Below, one piece after another: positions 51,394 to 62,944 of a stretch of DNA of 64,000 bases. The notes beneath the pieces were generated by a model. That model ran no database searches. It saw only the letters and a list, made by a program, of their open reading frames with translations, and was not told where the DNA came from. The stretch comes from Ruditapes philippinarum. Taxonomy: Eukaryota. The position numbers were made by a program, and so were the translations under genes. Position 1 is the first letter of the stretch, and each line of letters starts with the position of its first letter. Location: the NCBI RefSeq assembly GCF_026571515.1, contig NW_026866846.1, forward strand, positions 62,001 to 126,000. The letters run 5' to 3'.

Positions 51394-53786
51394 TGCAGGC
51401 GTCACACTGTCTCGAAATTGACACCAGATGGGCATACGAATATGAAATTCTTAATTTCGTGCGAAGATAGCCCCGAAATTGGTCGACAGTCTCTCAACAG
51501 CCGAAACAAGTACGATTCCTACAGAAGGTCACGCGATCGCATCCGAGCCACACACGATTCCTACCGAAGGTCACGCGATGGCATCCGATACACACACGAA
51601 GTCACCTCAAAGATGCAATTTTGTACCAAGTAGTTTACCAGCAGGACACGCGAAGGTCACAGGATAGGTACACGACGTCGTATTTTGAGTACGATGCCTT
51701 CGTACGTGGTTACGAAGGCGTCAAGTGACCTTCACCTCCGGGTGGTATACAACCCACGGCCAACCGCGGCAAATTTCAGTTGCAGATAGTATTGGGAGCT
51801 AATTAAACTACGTTTAAACTTTATTTTGGCTCTTCATATTACTATCAAAAACAATTCTATTCACACAAAAATCTATGATAAAAGTGATGACTTTGATTAT
51901 GGTATAGTAAACTATCCACATTTAGATGGAGACGTACCGCATGCAACATCTGACGGGGTATATGTATCTCAGTAAATAAGATTCGCTAGAGCTTTTAGCA
52001 ACGTGAAGGATTTTAACAAGCTAAATATTTTCATTACTAGTAAGCTACTCAAACAGGGCTACCGCTATTATAAATTACGTAAATATTTTACAAAATTTTA
52101 CAATCGTAACTTTGATTTAATCTCAAAATTCAGTAGTGATTCAAAAATGATTTTAATGGAGATGTTATTTACAAACTTCGCAAGATCTTTGGTCATTGTA
52201 ATTTTTCTGTTGCCTTTACTAAAATTATTAAACGTTTAACCAAAAGAGGTTTTGACCCTACTTTTTTAGATATACCGCATGCTTAGTGTTCAACACTTTA
52301 ACAATTGGTCCTTTCCTCGACGGACCAAGTGATATACTCTATGATGGACAGTTCTTAATGCCCTTTGGGACTGAATTGCCTTAATGTTCGTCTTCTGCCT
52401 TGCTTCGTCGGGCCCTTGTAGGTGATTTTTTGTTACTCTGTCTTCCTTTAAAATATTGAGTACTTTTGTTATGATCATATGTGTATTCCTTTATTCATTG
52501 TACATGATCGTTTCGGTGTTTTACCATAACAACTGTTATAAATTTACCTCTACTTGGCGGGGATTCATTTTATTTACACCGTCTCGTTTATAGGAACATG
52601 ATGGGCTAACAGTGAGGTTTGGTGCACCATTAACCGGTTTTAACTGCCCAGTAGTACTTATGCTGCTGACCGGACTAAGGCGGCGCCCCTCTTTGTTCCT
52701 CAGATGCATGTCTTTGTTATTTCATACTGTTTTGGTGACACTTGTGTCAGTGTCCCTTGTTGTTTTCTCATCTACGGTAAGTATTTTCCCTTTTGCCCCT
52801 AGTTTTATGTATTTAATAAATCAATCATTTATTTGTTTTCCTTGATTTCCTTGTCGTTTACCATTAATTCGTCTTATGTGTCATTTAAGTGATAAGCCTA
52901 TCAGTGCTTTACCTTGCGCCCTTTCCGTTTTTCTGAGGGTCCTCTTGTGTTACTTGGTTCTAGTTGCTGGGTCGTTGGGGTTGCGTTCATTAAACGCTAC
53001 CTTTCCTTGTTGATCTTGTTTATCATATTTGATAAAACTTTATCATGCTACCCAAGGTGGGCCTGTGGGCCTTATCATGTTTTCTGTGCTGCTGCCTTCT
53101 TTTTCTCGGTTGACTCATCATCAAAGCAAGGAATTCTGTGGGAAATTTACTGAAAATTATTGTAAATTAATTGCAAATAATGGAAGCTTTTGATGTCTCT
53201 GTAGACATGTGCAAGAGTGACAGATGAGGAAGATGGTTTAGCCGTTTTTATGTCCACCATGATAAACATGCAACGGTTGAGCCACTAAAAATGCTTTCTT
53301 CGGCCTCATCGTGGTCCCATCTCGATGACATCGTACCAAAATACGATGGTGACACGACGGTATTGCGAGGGCTTCACGTAGTCGTGTTCCCTTTTTAAGA
53401 CTATCGGGAATCTTCGTGTTTACTTCGTATTGTCTTCTTGAGGCTAAAAATGCCAGATTGCATCGATGATCACACAAAGAAAAGACGAAGACCACACGAT
53501 TTGACAAGATGGCTTCACGATGGCCTTGCGAAGGGCAAAATTGACATACGAATTCAACACGAAAATGAACCTTCGCAATGTCTTCGGGCAATTGTTTGGC
53601 ATGCCAAAGATTTTGGAACCGCTCACGAAGTTGCTGCCGGAGCTGGTAATATTCAGCCGGGGATCATACGATGACAAAAGATGCCCTCACGAATGGCACG
53701 ATGTTATTACGATCAGATCCGAATTTGAGCATTTCCTTATTCGTGTGTCCATCTGATGCCAAATTCGGGACAGTGTGACGCCTGCA
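51394..53786. mobile_element. PIF/Harbinger-type non-autonomous DNA transposon (TAA TSD, ~70-bp TIRs)
   Basis: taa|tgcaggcgtcacactgtctcgaaattgacaccagatgggcatacgaata at left is the inverted counterpart of tattcgtgtgtccatctgatgccaaattcgggacagtgtgacgcctgca|taa at right. A 3-bp TAA duplication is characteristic of PIF/Harbinger. Confidence 0.85.
51815..52330 (+). pseudogene. Penelope-like retroelement RT C-terminal fragment, degenerate, nested in the Harbinger element
   Basis: IHTKIYDKSDDFDYGIVNYPHLDGDVPHATSDGVYVSQ*IRFARAFSNVKDFNKLNIFITSKLLKQGYRYYKLRKYFTKFY fits the YDKRDDF..IVNFP..YGVYISQLIRFAR..KLL.QGY..KL.K.F.KFY pattern of Penelope-like RTs; in-frame stop. Confidence 0.85.
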
Positions 53787-54496
53787 TAAAGAACACCTAA
53801 AATCGCGCCAATAAGACAGTCATCTTGTAGACCAGAAACGAAACTAGACAACTCTGACAACAAAAGATTGTTTTCCTTCTTCCACAATGCTTGCCCTGCA
53901 AGACTATACTGTTAGACCCAACTTCGACATTAAGTCGAAACATTAGCCGTGTAGGACTGCTGTGATGAAATAATATCAAATAACACCCTACCAGACTATG
54001 GGAAATGGACACTGGCGTAAGTTCAAGTTGATTAAAGCTTGCAATAACATACTGCAACGGCGAGCGAAATATTTTCATCAAAGGGAATTTAAAGGAACGG
54101 ATATTTCATACATTGTCATAGAGCGGCAAAAAGACATTAATATTTTCAACCTGTGTCAGCCTAATGTTTTAAAATACTAAAGAAATTCAATGGTTAATTT
54201 AAACATCTCATGCTTTTTAATTATGATACTCCAAATATATAGATTTAACCTGTCACAATCGTTCTTTAACATGCTCACTCCGCTTATTTAGTTAAGACGT
54301 TATGTGAATAGTTTTACCCCTCAATGAATATAAAATAAATTTATACTAATTGATGCAAATTTATTTCAAAGGACCAATCAATTTTATTTGTCATGTCCTC
54401 ACCATTAAAAACATTGACGTACTTTGTTGATTATTTATTTTGTATTTATTTTTATCTTAAAACGTGTTATTATTTAACTGATGAGCGGACAGCTCA

Positions 54497-54503
54497 TATA
54501 AAA
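54497..54503 (+). promoter_or_regulatory. TATA box of gene H
   Basis: TATAAAA ~70 bp upstream of ATG 54568. Gene I has TATAAAT at 59169-59175. Confidence 0.45.
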
Positions 54504-54567
54504 AGATGTTCAATTGACACTTTGGCTAAACATACATTTAGTACTGCCTTTGCAAAGGATTGCAATA

Positions 54568-56515
54568 ATGGGTGCTTTAAAATCACTTGCTTGCTGCTGT
54601 CTGTGTCTGGTAAGTATTTCATCCTTTTTTATATTGAAAGTTTTTTCATAATGATTAGCATTAATAATATAACATTTCTATCGCTTGTGTAAACTTTTCT
54701 TTCGGCTGTTGGGATATACATGCAATACTCTTTTTAACATTCTTACGCAAAGCACTTATGTTAACAACATGATGTGAACGATATTTAACTTTTCATTGAC
54801 TAACAGCCTATTAATCTTTAATGTTTAGTGATAGTTATATAAGTATGAATAATGTTGTCTTTAACTACATCTAGAGCTAATCATTGTTTTTGTTATTTTC
54901 CAGGTGGTTTGCTTTTTGCCAGATTTTACAGTTGCCCAATACCTTTCATCAGGTAGGTTACTTACATGATGTGAAAACTAAACTATGTTTAGATAACTGA
55001 ACGATTAAGATTAATTATAATTAAGAGTGACCTTTTGCAGACATGTTAATAAATTTAAATTTAATCTATAATTCACTTACAAACTTTATAATAGAGTCAA
55101 ATCGTATGTCAATAAAGATTAACAATGGGGCACAACATACACGCAATGAAGTCCCCTCAATTTACTGTAGCATAAGGTTCTCATTGAGGTCGCGCAATTG
55201 GAACACAACAAGCTATAGATAATGAATTATACTTTGATTAAATCATGCTAGGGGAGTTCACTAACGTTTTTTTTATTCATCTGTTAGGATAGTAAAATAA
55301 ACGAAAGTCCTGTATAAGACAAACAAACATCTATAAGAAACAAAGAAAAGTATATTTTGTCTTACAGCATTTGGAGCGATGCGAGGAGGAGTCATGTACC
55401 CTGGATATCCTGGATATCCATCACCAGCAATATACCCACCAGCCGACATGTATCCATCAGGAGTCATATATCCCGGTATGGACATGTATGACCCTTATCT
55501 TGAACGAGGACGACCAATTATAGGCGGGGATCTTATCCATCGTCCTGCCGTTGTAAGCGATAGGTCAGACAGAACTGTAGAACACATAAATATATCCAAC
55601 AACAACCAAAATATTCGTGAAGAAGTTGGTTCCGGAAACGTTGTCGTAAATCAAGGTAAGGTAGACAAAGACAGTATTTTTGCTGGCGTTTTTATAAAGT
55701 AATACTTATGGCGATTGGGTTGTTTTGTGTGTGTATGTTTTTTTTAATACATGTATAAGAAATATCCGTATAATACTGAATGGTTAAATATAGCATTCGT
55801 AGCGTTTTTATCGTTTGTGGCAGTGTATTAGCCATTCACATTCTGTTTTATAAGAAACACTATGTTATCTAGCCAAAATAGTCAAAGTATTTTATCTCAT
55901 AGATTTACTTATTTCTTTTACTTAAAGGTCCGTTATGCCTCAGAAATACATGTACTACCAATTTTATTTCTCAAAAACTTTCAATTGTTGGTTATATTGT
56001 TATAGTTTCAAAATAAAACTCATTTGCCGTATACATGGACTATCTTTTGCAACTATAGCTCTGTTGGCCATTGGACTAATTATAATTAATTAGTATTTTG
56101 TTTTGAAGTCAAAATACTATTTTGTTTACATTTTGCTACCTTTGTTGCACACAACTGTATGTTCAACATTACATTCTTTAATTGTGTAACATCGAATAAG
56201 TTCTAAATCCATTATTAATAAACTATATAACTCCTGTTTGGCATTTCTAAAGAATTGAAAAATATTGATTTTTGAGACATTATATGCCTTTAATGATAAG
56301 TTTTAAAAGAAATACATAGTTGAGCAATTGAAATTCATTCATGGTAGAAATTTATACCAAAAATTTTCTTATTTTTAGTTACATCAAATAATGCAATGTG
56401 TAATTGCCAAATTGGTAGATTTGATCAGTGTCCGTATCCTGAACGATGTGTTAGTGAGGGAACATGTACAGGAGGAAGTGGAATTTGCCGGAACCCTGGA
56501 TTGTTTATGATATAG
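54568..56515 (+). CDS. Cluster gene H: secreted Tyr/Pro/Met/Gly-rich protein with Asn-rich motif and CxC-type 6-Cys module, ~171 aa
   Basis: Exons 54568-54609 (MGALKSLACCCLCL), 54904-54952 (VVCFLPDFTVAQYLSS), 55368-55655 (FGAMRGGVMYPGYPGYP...GSGNVVVNQ), 56379-56515 (TSNNAMCNCQIGRFDQCPYPERCVSEGTCTGGSGICRNPGLFMI*). Phases 0,1,1, 516 nt in frame. Confidence 0.9.
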
Positions 56516-58010
56516 ATGTTAATTGTTTTCATATATTTTTATACAATAAAATAATACATTAATATAAAATGTTTTAGTGTCATAACTCATTTTATCACCG
56601 TGATTTAAATTTCTAAATAATGTTTTACCAGAGAAAGATCAGCATATGAATGTATATAACTATCGTGTCTTTTGAGATGATATGTTTCAACTATCTGGTT
56701 TTTATTCTCGTTGGTCTAGAGTAATCTCTCTTTTCCAAAATTACAAGAATACTAGCAATAAATTACCTTCAGCAAACATACATGTATACATTTCAACACT
56801 TATTTTCATTTTACAAAAAGTACATGTATATTGCATTGTCAAATATATGTTTAATAATGCAGTGCAAGCTCACCATTTTTATCAACAACTTTTCAAGTTA
56901 TTAAATATGTTTTCTTGAATATGTTATGATGCCGATACCAACAACTACTTTAAATTTGCCAAAAAAGAAATGTTGACAATTAATTGCAAAACTCGTTGAA
57001 ATGACATAAATTTGTTTGCAATTTCTCGCAATAAAAACGAGTTTTACAATAAAAGGGAGTTTTACAATAAAATTTCGAAATTACAACTTATAGTCGAGGT
57101 ATTATTTTGATTTCATTTCTCAAGAAGGACGAATAATGATGTATAAGTAGTAATTTTCATTAAAGAAACTAAATGGTTTGACATTTCTTGCAAACTTTAT
57201 GTTAAAATATTTGATACTGACAACAGTTCAATTGCTGCAATACTTTTATTTTAAGAAAACGCAAATATGTTGCATTTTCTAATTCAAAGAAAACGAGTTT
57301 TGCAATAAAACCTTTGGATACACGTAAACTTCATGACTACCTTCTTCACGATCGTTTACATTTTAATTGCACTCTTGACAAAACATCTACTTTACAATAT
57401 TCGTTTTTCACCTGATGGAAATATGAGTCTATGGCAATGCTTTCATGTTGAAACAGTCCATTTTGATGCTAAATTTGCTGAATAGTAAATAACGCCACCA
57501 AAGTTACAGTTCAAACATAAATTCGACAATTTTACGTTCCCTTGAAACTTTTATCAGATCTACATAGTATAACATTTCTCAATTTATTGATGCAGAGTTT
57601 ACAAACAATATATTATAAAACAACACTAAACCTTGGTTGACACTTATTTTCGGTGACATGAGTTAGCCCGGAAGTAGCGACAACGCAATTAAGCATATAT
57701 TTAACTAGTCATATACCTTAATTATTTTACCTTAAATTCCTTTTTTATATCATAAAATTAAAAACAAATCAATCCAGTTAAGAATGCCTTGCAACAAATT
57801 TATTTAGAGATGAAAAATAATCATTTTTATCCCACGATTTTAGATTAATATACATACATGTTTTAGGGGAATGAAAATAAGGTTTTTAAAAGTACATCAC
57901 CCTTCATGTAAACTATCAATGACCTGAAGTATTTTAATATAAACAAAACCATTTTCTTAAGGATAATGACATTCGCTTGACAATATTTGCTGAAGTATGT
58001 TAACCATAAT

Positions 58011-58220
58011 GTTTGTTTTGTTTGCTTTTATGGCGCACCAACACAATTAGAGTCATATGGGGCCAAAACAGAAGAGATAATTTTTGGCTAACCCAGGCGT
58101 TACAAACTTAAAGCAAACACCAAGGGTCATAACTACCTTATCTGATGAAGTTAAAGGGTTTATAGAAATTCGATTATGCAGAGATCACGCAGAGATAAAC
58201 GGTGGCTGCAGTTTCAATGC
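58011..58220 (-). mobile_element. SINE-like repeat (family of 4807-5020)
   Basis: Direct alignment with 4807-5020. Confidence 0.7.
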
Positions 58221-58381
58221 CTCAACTTTGAAAGGCAATCCCTCAATCACAAGGTGAACAAATATCTTAATTTGAGTACAAGCATACCGGGACAAAAAAG
58301 ATAGTATGTCTGTATAATAAAAAAACATTCAAAATTACGTAATGCTTAATACGTTAATTTTACGGCTTGCGAACCCTTATC

Positions 58382-58598
58382 GTTTGGTTTATACAGAATT
58401 TATTTTAGGTTGATTGTGTAGGAACCTATAAGCTTATAGACACACTTTCTAATCTGTTCCTGGAACCAACCAGTGAGCAATGAGTGTAAAGTTTCTTGGC
58501 TAAGGAAACATCGACTTGCCTCTAACGGGCTTTGAACCCATGCGGCTAGCGATCATTAGATAACTAGTCCGACGCGTTAACCACTCGACCTTGCCGCC
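58382..58598 (-). mobile_element. tRNA-derived SINE
   Basis: Reverse homologue of 2751-2975; tttgaaccc (B-box rc) and ttaaccactcgacc (A-box rc). Confidence 0.75.
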
Positions 58599-59281
58599 AC
58601 ATACGACACGATAACAACCCAGCCATGCCGCCACATCAACCCTTATTGTTTCACCTCGGCTAATGACTGAAAGTATCGTGATAATACAAAGCCACTACCG
58701 CTTTCTTACGACAGTTTTCGGACACCTATTGTTAGTATATTTTTGTCAAAAGAGACGATGTATTTTTCACTTTGACGTCATTATTTGATAAGATTTCAAT
58801 ATGTTGTCTTGAATACAAACTAATTAGTGACAGTAATCCTCAAAACTCGGTATAACAGATTTTCATGAAAGTAGAAATAATGTTAGAGATATTGTCCCTA
58901 TATACTCAATCATTTATAATGTTTATGCTTTTATCTTTCATTTTTCATGTAATCATAGGGTTAATCAACCAGTGTGAATATACAAGTTTATAGAATGGTA
59001 GTTAGTACTTTAGCGTCACAACGATACTAAGTAAATTAATTCATAAATAAACCATCCACATTATAAACAACGTTTGAAGTTTTTATGATCGATGTAAAAC
59101 AGTCAAATAACAATCTTTCAAACTGACACAATTAACTGTTTAAAAAACGCGGACAGTGACGTTTTATGTATAAATTATACGTTAATCACGCAACGTTGTT
59201 CTAACAGATGAGACTATTTTAGTGTACAAAAAAGAAACAAATCATTCGTAATCTTAAACTCGTTTGTAAGGACTAACAGAA

Positions 59282-60953
59282 ATGGATATTATCAAATATT
59301 TCGGCTGTTTTGTTTGTTTGGTTAGTATACTTATTGATTTCCATACACATTTAATGCTACAACTTAACTTCTCCTTCAAAAATATTCTACATTTAATAAA
59401 GGCATCTGTTCAAAGTCTCTGTAACAGTAAAATATAGATATATGTTACGTTATCAGAAGCTTTTTTATAATAATTTATTCTATTCACTTATTCACTTTTA
59501 ACTGTGCGTATATTATGTGCCTTTTGCAAAAATATTGAATTTGTAAAGCATAGGTGTGGGATGTTGCTAAACAGACAAATTATCAGAATCTACAATTTTC
59601 GTTTTTATGCTGCCTAAGAACTCCGTTTTTTACAAATATTTCTGTGATTAACTCAGTTATTGTATGTGCATAAAGAAATTCAGTAAGTTTAAATATAATT
59701 TTTATACAGGCACTGTTCTATGGTCCAAATTTCTCGGAAGCACAACACATGATGGGAGACCCGTGTAAGTTTCTTTTTGATTTTATTTCATATTGTCGTT
59801 TAGATTATTATAAAAAATAAAGATACTGTAACACTGAATTCATAAAGTAGTAGTTATTAGAACACAGCTAAACAGATTATTTTATACGTAAAAATTATAT
59901 TTGATAATGTCAAAATTTCAATCATAAACATGGTATTCTGTTTAAACGCTATGGTCTCTTTGTTGACATTCATACAGAAAGTAAAACAAACAATTTTGTA
60001 AATGGTTTATATCTGTATCTGATTTTTCTTTACAGTTTATCCCCGTAGAGGAGGGTTTCGAAGAGGAATGTATCCTAGAATTCCGCCGATAAGGCCGTAC
60101 CCCCGAAGAATAATATATCCTGATACAGGCATTTATGAACCATCAATCCTCCCAGTAGTTCGACGTCCAGCTGTTGTTAGTGACAGATCCGATGCTCGCA
60201 GACAGAATATAAATATAAGCAATAATAACGAAAATATTCGAGAAAACCATGGTTCTGGTAACGTCAACGTAAATCAGGGTAAGTAATTTATATAAGACTC
60301 ATAATAACATCTTAGCACTGATGACCTTCTCCTATTACCTTAAATACTAAATGTAAGAAACATGCGTGTTTCGTGCGGGAATATCAATATAGCGAGCCAA
60401 CAATATGTGCTGCCATCAGCTAAAAAGGCTTATCGGGCAAAAATATGAGTACGCTCAGTTTCTGCCAGCTACATAGGCTAAGGAAATGACTCTTGTCTTT
60501 TGTAATTAGCATGTACTCAGTTAAGACTATTTGAACTGTAATGATTATCATATTTTTTCCAGACTGATATCACTTTAACACACATCTTGTAAGTATGAAA
60601 TAAAACCAGATAGGTTTGTCAGTATTTTTGAAATGATCATTACAGTTATAATATTATTATAAGATAAAATGTTAAAGATTTGTTTCTATGATAAAGTTAC
60701 TTGTACCTTGTTAAGTTGTTTTTAAATAGCTTTGTACTAGATTCCATTAATGCATACACACTTATAAACAAACAATATCATTTCAGTAACAAACTCCAGA
60801 ACGAGAAGATGTGACTGTCACGCAGATCCGTTTATGCAGCAATGTGGACCATATCAACGATGTGTTCGAGACAGTACTTGTACCGGAGGAGCAGGTAACG
60901 GCGTGTGTCAAGACGCTGGTTTTGGTGGGGGCCATGGCGGAATGATGATTTAA
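59282..60953 (+). CDS. Cluster gene I: paralogue of H, Arg/Pro/Tyr-rich, ~167 aa
   Basis: Exons 59282-59320 (MDIIKYFGCFVCL), 59710-59764 (ALFYGPNFSEAQHMMGDP), 60036-60278 (YPRRGGFRRGMYPRIPP...GSGNVNVNQ), 60787-60953 (TNSRTRRCDCHADPFMQQCGPYQRCVRDSTCTGGAGNGVCQDAGFGGGHGGMMI*). Phases 0,1,1, 504 nt in frame. AATAAA at ~60978. Confidence 0.9.
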
Positions 60954-61914
60954 TTGTACCATATCAGAAAGTTGTCAAATAAAATTTTATATATTTAAAA
61001 CATGTGTATGCATTTCTTATATCATTGATATAAAAAATACAAAATATGCCCATAAAAAGACAATGTTATAAGTACAGAAAAAGGGATATAAAAGGGCAGA
61101 CTATTAAGAAAAGTCAATAATTTTTCTCTGATGACAGCAAATTCACTTTTTGATCTTTTAGGTTAATGTTATTGTGAAAAATGCAAGATAGCTTAGTATG
61201 ATGCTCAATGGTGCAACTTTGCGGATTGTGTTTAAATGAATGTAGTATATTTCAATCCATTTTCTTTCCACTCCACCCCCCCCCCCCTCATGTTTTTTCT
61301 CATTGTATAGAAGTTGCATGCTAATCAACAACATTTTTTTGTAACTATAAAGAAGAATGATAGTACACTGCTGATTGAAAGCATGAAAATGCATGTCATT
61401 GCAACACAAAATCTGTTTGCACCTGACATTAACCTATGATTGATAATAATTAATCACACAATTAACTATCAACAATCTATCGTAATTTCGAAATATGTCG
61501 AGCTTCATCCTGTTTTGCAGTTTTGATATTACATTCTGTTGCAATATCAATGTACAGACATTTGGTTCATTCCTCTAGCAAAACGTCTTAATCATTTAAA
61601 ACTGGCGAACGTTTCTCACGTTGTGACTAAAAAAAAGATCTGAAGTTTGTTCCGATGATGGAAGAATGAAGTTTCTAATCCCAAATAAGCCATAACCTCT
61701 GTTAGTCTGTTAAGTCCTTCCCTTGATAAATGCTTTTCTTTTTTCTTAATATTTAATTACGATTTAAAATACTCTTCTTATATTGATATTATAATAAATA
61801 AACTAGTGAAAAATATAAACATAAACTAAAAAGGTTGTCGACTCGGAAAGAAGCTGGCTTAAGGTTTGACGGAAGAATTAGACTGGCAAGTTAAGCAACC
61901 TTTTCCATTTCTAA

Positions 61915-62400
61915 AAATCTCGAAACAAAGTGATCCATCGGAAGCATTAATCACGACAAACTTACAAGAAAATTGCAGACTCGGTTTGATTGAGTCTGTA
62001 CATCTAAAACATTGAGTCTAAAACATCTTGAACGCAGCTTTTGCACTTAAACAAAACTTAATAAATCTACAAGTAGCTATCCGACTCTATTGAACAAAAA
62101 TTTGAACAAAAACAGTTTCACACACGTTGAAAATTAATAGTTGACCTCCAGTTTTTAACAGTGTGTGTTTGTAGAGCTCAAAATGTAAAAAAAGGAATCC
62201 CTTAAGAACATCAATATTAGCAAAAATAAAAGGTGTTGCAGGTCTGGTTTGCTCAGTCCTATGATTGTTGGCTTTGCATTGTTGATATCTGTTCTAATTA
62301 TTTTAAATATGTCTGATCATATACCGTACTGTCAAGTACAAGCCACCATTCACGTCCCCTAGTGCCGGCTTGAGCAGATTTCAAAATTAACATTAAATGT
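61915..62400. repeat. Repeat family R1, ~2 degenerate tandem units (reverse orientation to copy 1)
   Basis: ttgcagactcggtttgattgagtctgta (~61974), gttgcaggtctggtttg (~62235), tcacgtcccctagtgccggcttga (~62350). Confidence 0.75.
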
Positions 62401-62944
62401 TAAAGATTTTACCTAATAAACATCCGATAAGTTTAGAACAGTTAATGGTACACGTTAGTCATATTCAAGGAAAAGCTGTGTATAGTTCCCAAGTAATAAA
62501 TCCGTGTACCCGTAACGAGAAAACAATATGATTTTGAAAGGGGACAAGAGGTTATGAAACTGTATATTACAGATAAGCTTTCAAAACCAAAAAAAAAAGA
62601 AAAAAAAAGAAAAGAAAAAAACGGCAAAATACTCTAAGGATGAATATTCAGTATTCAAGAAGGAATACTGGAACCAACAAATTGAAAGAAATAGAAGTAA
62701 ATTAGTTCCAAGCGGAATAAAGACTACTAGGGATGATAAAAATAACCGGACTTGACCATAAATGAAACATGAACAAAAAACATAAACAAATGAAAAAGTT
62801 ATGCTTTTAATGAAATGCGGCGCATATCATGGTTTTCAAAGTCGCTTTTACGGACAAGCAAATTAGATTTTTTATAGGTATTGCTTTCCGATTCAGTGTG
62901 ATATATAACAAAAATTCACAGCCCTAGTCCTGTTAAAAATGTTA

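Noticed and set aside
53238-54180. Several ORFs as a possible Harbinger transposase
   Set aside because: No DDE or Myb-like motifs recognisable; mostly subterminal repeat sequence of a non-autonomous element.
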